In this document: positions 60,695 through 64,000 of the stretch, piece by piece
How the letters are laid out: each line of letters begins with the position of its first letter
Position numbering within the stretch: the stretch's first letter is position 1
Notes under the pieces: model-generated
What the model was told of the DNA's origin: nothing
What the model saw: the letters and a program-made list of their open reading frames with translations, nothing else
Database searches by the model: none
Position numbers and translations under genes: made by a program
NCBI GenBank assembly: GCA_963663965.2
Contig: CAXXFK010000024.1
Coordinates: 64,001 to 128,000 of the forward strand
Reading direction: 5' to 3'
Origin: Sedimentisphaerales bacterium
Lineage (GTDB): Bacteria; Planctomycetota; Phycisphaerae; Sedimentisphaerales; SM23-30
Length of the DNA stretch: 64,000 nucleotides

Positions 60695-62611
60695 ATGTCA
60701 AAAATCATAGGAATTGACTTAGGAACAACAAATTCAGTAGTGTCTGTGTTAGAAGGTAGCGATCCAAAGGTATTGATTAACGTCCAAGGATCTCGATTGA
60801 CTCCTTCAGTTGTTGCCTTTACGGATAAAGGAGAACGTCTGGTTGGCCAGATTGCCCGGCATCAACAGGTTACAAATCCTCATAATACGATTTTTTCTAT
60901 CAAGCGATTTATGGGCCGGCGTCATCATGAGGTTTCGGCAGAAGAGAAACTGGTCCCATACAAAGTAGTGGGCAATCCTGATGAACTGGTAAAGGTGGAA
61001 GTTCATGGAAAACAATTCACTCCGCCTGAGATCTCAGCAATTATACTTCAGGATCTGAAAAAAACCGCTGAAGACTATCTGGGCGAACCAGTCACTCAAG
61101 CAGTGATCACTGTACCGGCCTATTTCAATGATGCACAACGTCAGGCAACAAAAGACGCAGGAAAAATTGCTGGATTGGAAGTCAAACGAATTATTAACGA
61201 ACCAACCGCAGCGGCACTGGCTTATGGTTTGGAAAAGAAGGCTAACGAAAAAATTGCCGTTTTTGACTTTGGCGGAGGCACATTCGACATCTCAATCCTT
61301 GATATTGGTGATAATGTCTTTGAAGTACTCAGTACCAATGGTGACACCCATTTGGGCGGTGATGATATCGACGAAATTCTAATCCATTTTGTCGCAGATG
61401 AATTTAAGAAAAAAGAAGGCATTGACCTGCGTAAAGATGCCATGGCCTTGCAACGGTTAAAGGAAGCCGCAGAAAAAACCAAGTGTGAACTTAGTTCTGC
61501 AATGGAATCGACCATTAATCTGCCCTTTATTACTGCAGATCAGAGTGGTCCCAAACATTTGCAGATGTCGATTACACGAAGTAAATTCGAACAGTTAATC
61601 GAAAATGTAATTCAACGCCTCAAAACGCCATGCCTTAAAGCGATTGAAGACGCAAAAATTTCACTCTCAAATATTGATGAAGTCGTTCTTGTTGGTGGCT
61701 CAACTCGTATTCCGAAAGTCCAGGCCCTGGTCAAAGAAGTATTCGGTAAAGAACCCAATCGAAGCATAAATCCCGACGAAGTAGTCGCAGTGGGAGCTGC
61801 CATCCAGGGCGGCGTTCTGGCTGGGGATGCCAATGTAACCGGCATCCTCTTGCTTGATGTGACTCCGCTATCACTGGGAGTCGAAACGCTCGGCGGAGTT
61901 ATGACTAAATTAATCGAACGAAATACGACTATTCCAACTTCAAAAAAGGAAATTTTCAGTACTGCCTCAGATAGCCAGACCTCTGTGGATATCCACATTC
62001 TTCAAGGCGAACGCGAATTCGCTAAAGACAATAGAACCCTGGGGCGTTTCCAGTTATCTGACATTCCTCCCGCCCCACGCGGTATTCCACAAATTGAGGT
62101 CTCATTCGATATCGACGCCAATGGTATCCTCAATGTTACAGCGAAAGACCTGGCTACCAGCAAACAACAAAAAATCGAAATTAAAGGGTCTTCCGGTCTC
62201 AGTGATGATGAGATCAGTCGCATGACCCATGAAGCAGAAGAGCATTCCGCTGAAGATAAGAAACGACGGGAATTGGTTGACCTGAAAAATCAAGCCGATC
62301 AAATCATCTATCAATCTGAAAAAACACTTAAAGAGTACGGCGAAAAAGTTCCCGCTGGAGAACGAAGCCAGATTGAATCAGCAATTAACAATCTGAAAGA
62401 CGTTGCCAAAGGCGATGATGCGGAAGCGATAAAGCGGGCAATTGATAATATCAATACCTCCATGCAGTCTATTGGAAAAATCATGTATGAACAAGCCGCT
62501 CAGCAGCAAACAGCAGCCGGCGGCGTTGAGCCGGACGCAACGGCTCCTTCAGGCGACAATCCTCCTAAAGGCGATGATGATGTCATTGATGCCGAATACG
62601 AAGTAAAATAA
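60695..62611 (+). CDS. dnaK: Chaperone DnaK
   Basis: [42 protein letters not shown]-terminal [10 protein letters not shown]. Confidence 0.99.
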   Translation: MSKIIGIDLGTTNSVVSVLEGSDPKVLINVQGSRLTPSVVAFTDKGERLVGQIARHQQVTNPHNTIFSIKRFMGRRHHEVSAEEKLVPYKVVGNPDELVKVEVHGKQFTPPEISAIILQDLKKTAEDYLGEPVTQAVITVPAYFNDAQRQATKDAGKIAGLEVKRIINEPTAAALAYGLEKKANEKIAVFDFGGGTFDISILDIGDNVFEVLSTNGDTHLGGDDIDEILIHFVADEFKKKEGIDLRKDAMALQRLKEAAEKTKCELSSAMESTINLPFITADQSGPKHLQMSITRSKFEQLIENVIQRLKTPCLKAIEDAKISLSNIDEVVLVGGSTRIPKVQALVKEVFGKEPNRSINPDEVVAVGAAIQGGVLAGDANVTGILLLDVTPLSLGVETLGGVMTKLIERNTTIPTSKKEIFSTASDSQTSVDIHILQGEREFAKDNRTLGRFQLSDIPPAPRGIPQIEVSFDIDANGILNVTAKDLATSKQQKIEIKGSSGLSDDEISRMTHEAEEHSAEDKKRRELVDLKNQADQIIYQSEKTLKEYGEKVPAGERSQIESAINNLKDVAKGDDAEAIKRAIDNINTSMQSIGKIMYEQAAQQQTAAGGVEPDATAPSGDNPPKGDDDVIDAEYEVK

Positions 62612-62673
62612 GCCTGTTTTCCAACCAGCGACTGGCTACTATTTCATTAGACAGTCCTGTTTAACATACACCA

Positions 62674-62699
62674 GGGGCCTCCAAGGCCCCACTTTTTTT
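62674..62699 (+). terminator. Intrinsic terminator of dnaK
   Basis: GGGGCCT-CCA-AGGCCCC followed by ACTTTTTTT. Confidence 0.85.
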
Positions 62700-62769
62700 A
62701 TATAAAATCGTGCTATTTCATGTTATCATTTTGCTATCTTGAAAGAAATAACGATACAGGATTTACGAT

Positions 62770-63150
62770 ATGACATCCATAACCATCAGATCGAATAAGC
62801 ATGAATTCTCTGCTGATCTTTATGATACGCCTACCGCAGCTGCCATCGCTAAAATATTGCCAATTCAAGGAACAATCAATCGCTGGGGTGGAGAAATCTA
62901 TTTTACCATACCGGCTCATCTTCCCCTGGAACCTGACAGTCGCGCCACGCTTACGCCGGGTGAACTGGGGTATTGGCCAACAGGCCTGGCTTTCTGTATA
63001 TTCTTCGGCCCAACTCCCGCATCTAAAAACTCTGAACCCAAGGCTGCTTCACCAGTCAACATATTTGGAAAAATTAATGGCCCCTTGGAGAATCTATGGC
63101 AAATCAAAGAAGGTTCGCCAATTGAAATTGAACTAATTGATTATCTATGA
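62770..63150 (+). CDS. Cyclophilin-like fold protein (DUF369-like)
   Basis: RWGGEIYF, GELGYWPTGLAFCIFFGPTP, SPVNIFG. Confidence 0.8.
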   Translation: MTSITIRSNKHEFSADLYDTPTAAAIAKILPIQGTINRWGGEIYFTIPAHLPLEPDSRATLTPGELGYWPTGLAFCIFFGPTPASKNSEPKAASPVNIFGKINGPLENLWQIKEGSPIEIELIDYL

Positions 63151-63887
63151 ATCTAATAATTCTGGAACCTGGTGAAATTAATAAAGATGGTCGATGTGTC
63201 CTGTCTGATGATCGTGCCCAACATATTGCTTCGATATTAAAACCAAGGCTGAATGATCTGATCGAAATTGGGGTTGTAGATGGTTGCCAAGGTGTTGGCC
63301 GAATCATATCCATCGAATCCAACAGAGTTGAATTCCAATGTTTATGGCATCCAGAATCTCATCCTGAACCACCCATTATCGACATCATTTGTGCCCTGCC
63401 CCGACCGCAAACACTTAAAAAAATTCTGCACACCGTTGCGGCTATGTCTGTTCGACATCTCTATTTGATTCGTGCCAATCGCGTCGAAAAAAGTTATTTT
63501 CATTCTCCTTTGCTACAGGAATCCAACTATCGCAAACATCTCATTGAAGGGCTTAGTCAGGGGAAAGTAACAAAAATACCATCCATTTCGTTACATGATA
63601 AGTTTCGCAATTTTTTCGAAGATTACCTGCCTAAACAGATAAATTTTCAAGCCAGTACCAAACTGATAGCAGATCCGGATACGACATACAAAGTTTCTCA
63701 TAATAGGACGAAACCGCCTGTAATTCTGGCTATTGGACCCGAAGGCGGTTGGGTGCCTTTTGAGCTTGAAATGATGGAACATATTGGATTCAAAAGGTTT
63801 ATGCTGGGGCCCTGGATATTGCGGGTTGAAAACGCCCTGGTTGCCGCTTTAAGCCAGATCGAACTGACATTGGATCGCTCCGTTTAA
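63147..63887 (+). CDS. rsmE: 16S rRNA (uracil1498-N3)-methyltransferase
   Basis: HIASILK, ALPRP, EGLSQ, LAIGPEGGW, LGPWILRVENA. Confidence 0.9.
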   Translation: MNLIILEPGEINKDGRCVLSDDRAQHIASILKPRLNDLIEIGVVDGCQGVGRIISIESNRVEFQCLWHPESHPEPPIIDIICALPRPQTLKKILHTVAAMSVRHLYLIRANRVEKSYFHSPLLQESNYRKHLIEGLSQGKVTKIPSISLHDKFRNFFEDYLPKQINFQASTKLIADPDTTYKVSHNRTKPPVILAIGPEGGWVPFELEMMEHIGFKRFMLGPWILRVENALVAALSQIELTLDRSV

Positions 63888-64000
63888 TGGTAAACCTCAT
63901 GTAAATTGCAATATTCCAGGTTGTTTATCGTCCTGAATTAAGATAGAATCAAACTTTAGAATAGATAATATTTTATAAAAGGGAAAGAGCCATGAAATTT

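Overview
Gene-dense bacterial chromosomal window. The host is probably an anaerobic Planctomycetota (Phycisphaerae/Sedimentisphaerales-like). This is inferred from the Tat-exported sulfatases, the LamG/dockerin-like secreted proteins and an excisionase-HTH/receiver fusion. Contents in order: (1) partial sulfatase, Tat oxidoreductase, and a TRAP transporter plus USP whose dctP carries a single-base frameshift; (2) a Cys-rich LTxxQ (Spy/CpxP-like) secreted protein; (3) two paralogous sulfatases and three mosaic LamG/Ig/dockerin-like proteins; (4) sdaA, a candidate 6S-like ncRNA, a STAS protein, an SDR pseudogene, rlmN, an oxidoreductase and ahcY; (5) an HTH-REC / HDOD-kinase / REC-GAF signalling module whose promoter is covered by 9-bp tandem repeats; (6) fused otsAB plus a GH15 hydrolase; (7) a Mo-nitrogenase cluster nifH-I1-I2-D-K-E-N-B-fdx-V with a sigma54-type promoter, directly downstream of cydAB and a MEDS/histidine kinase pair; (8) a histidine kinase, a NatAB-like ABC transporter fused to a CPBP protease, and rsgA; (9) leuACDB, a DMT transporter, sigma54-driven dnaK, a cyclophilin-like protein and rsmE. 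I saw no rRNA, tRNA, CRISPR array or transposase. All calls come from motif recognition by eye; no database search was run.
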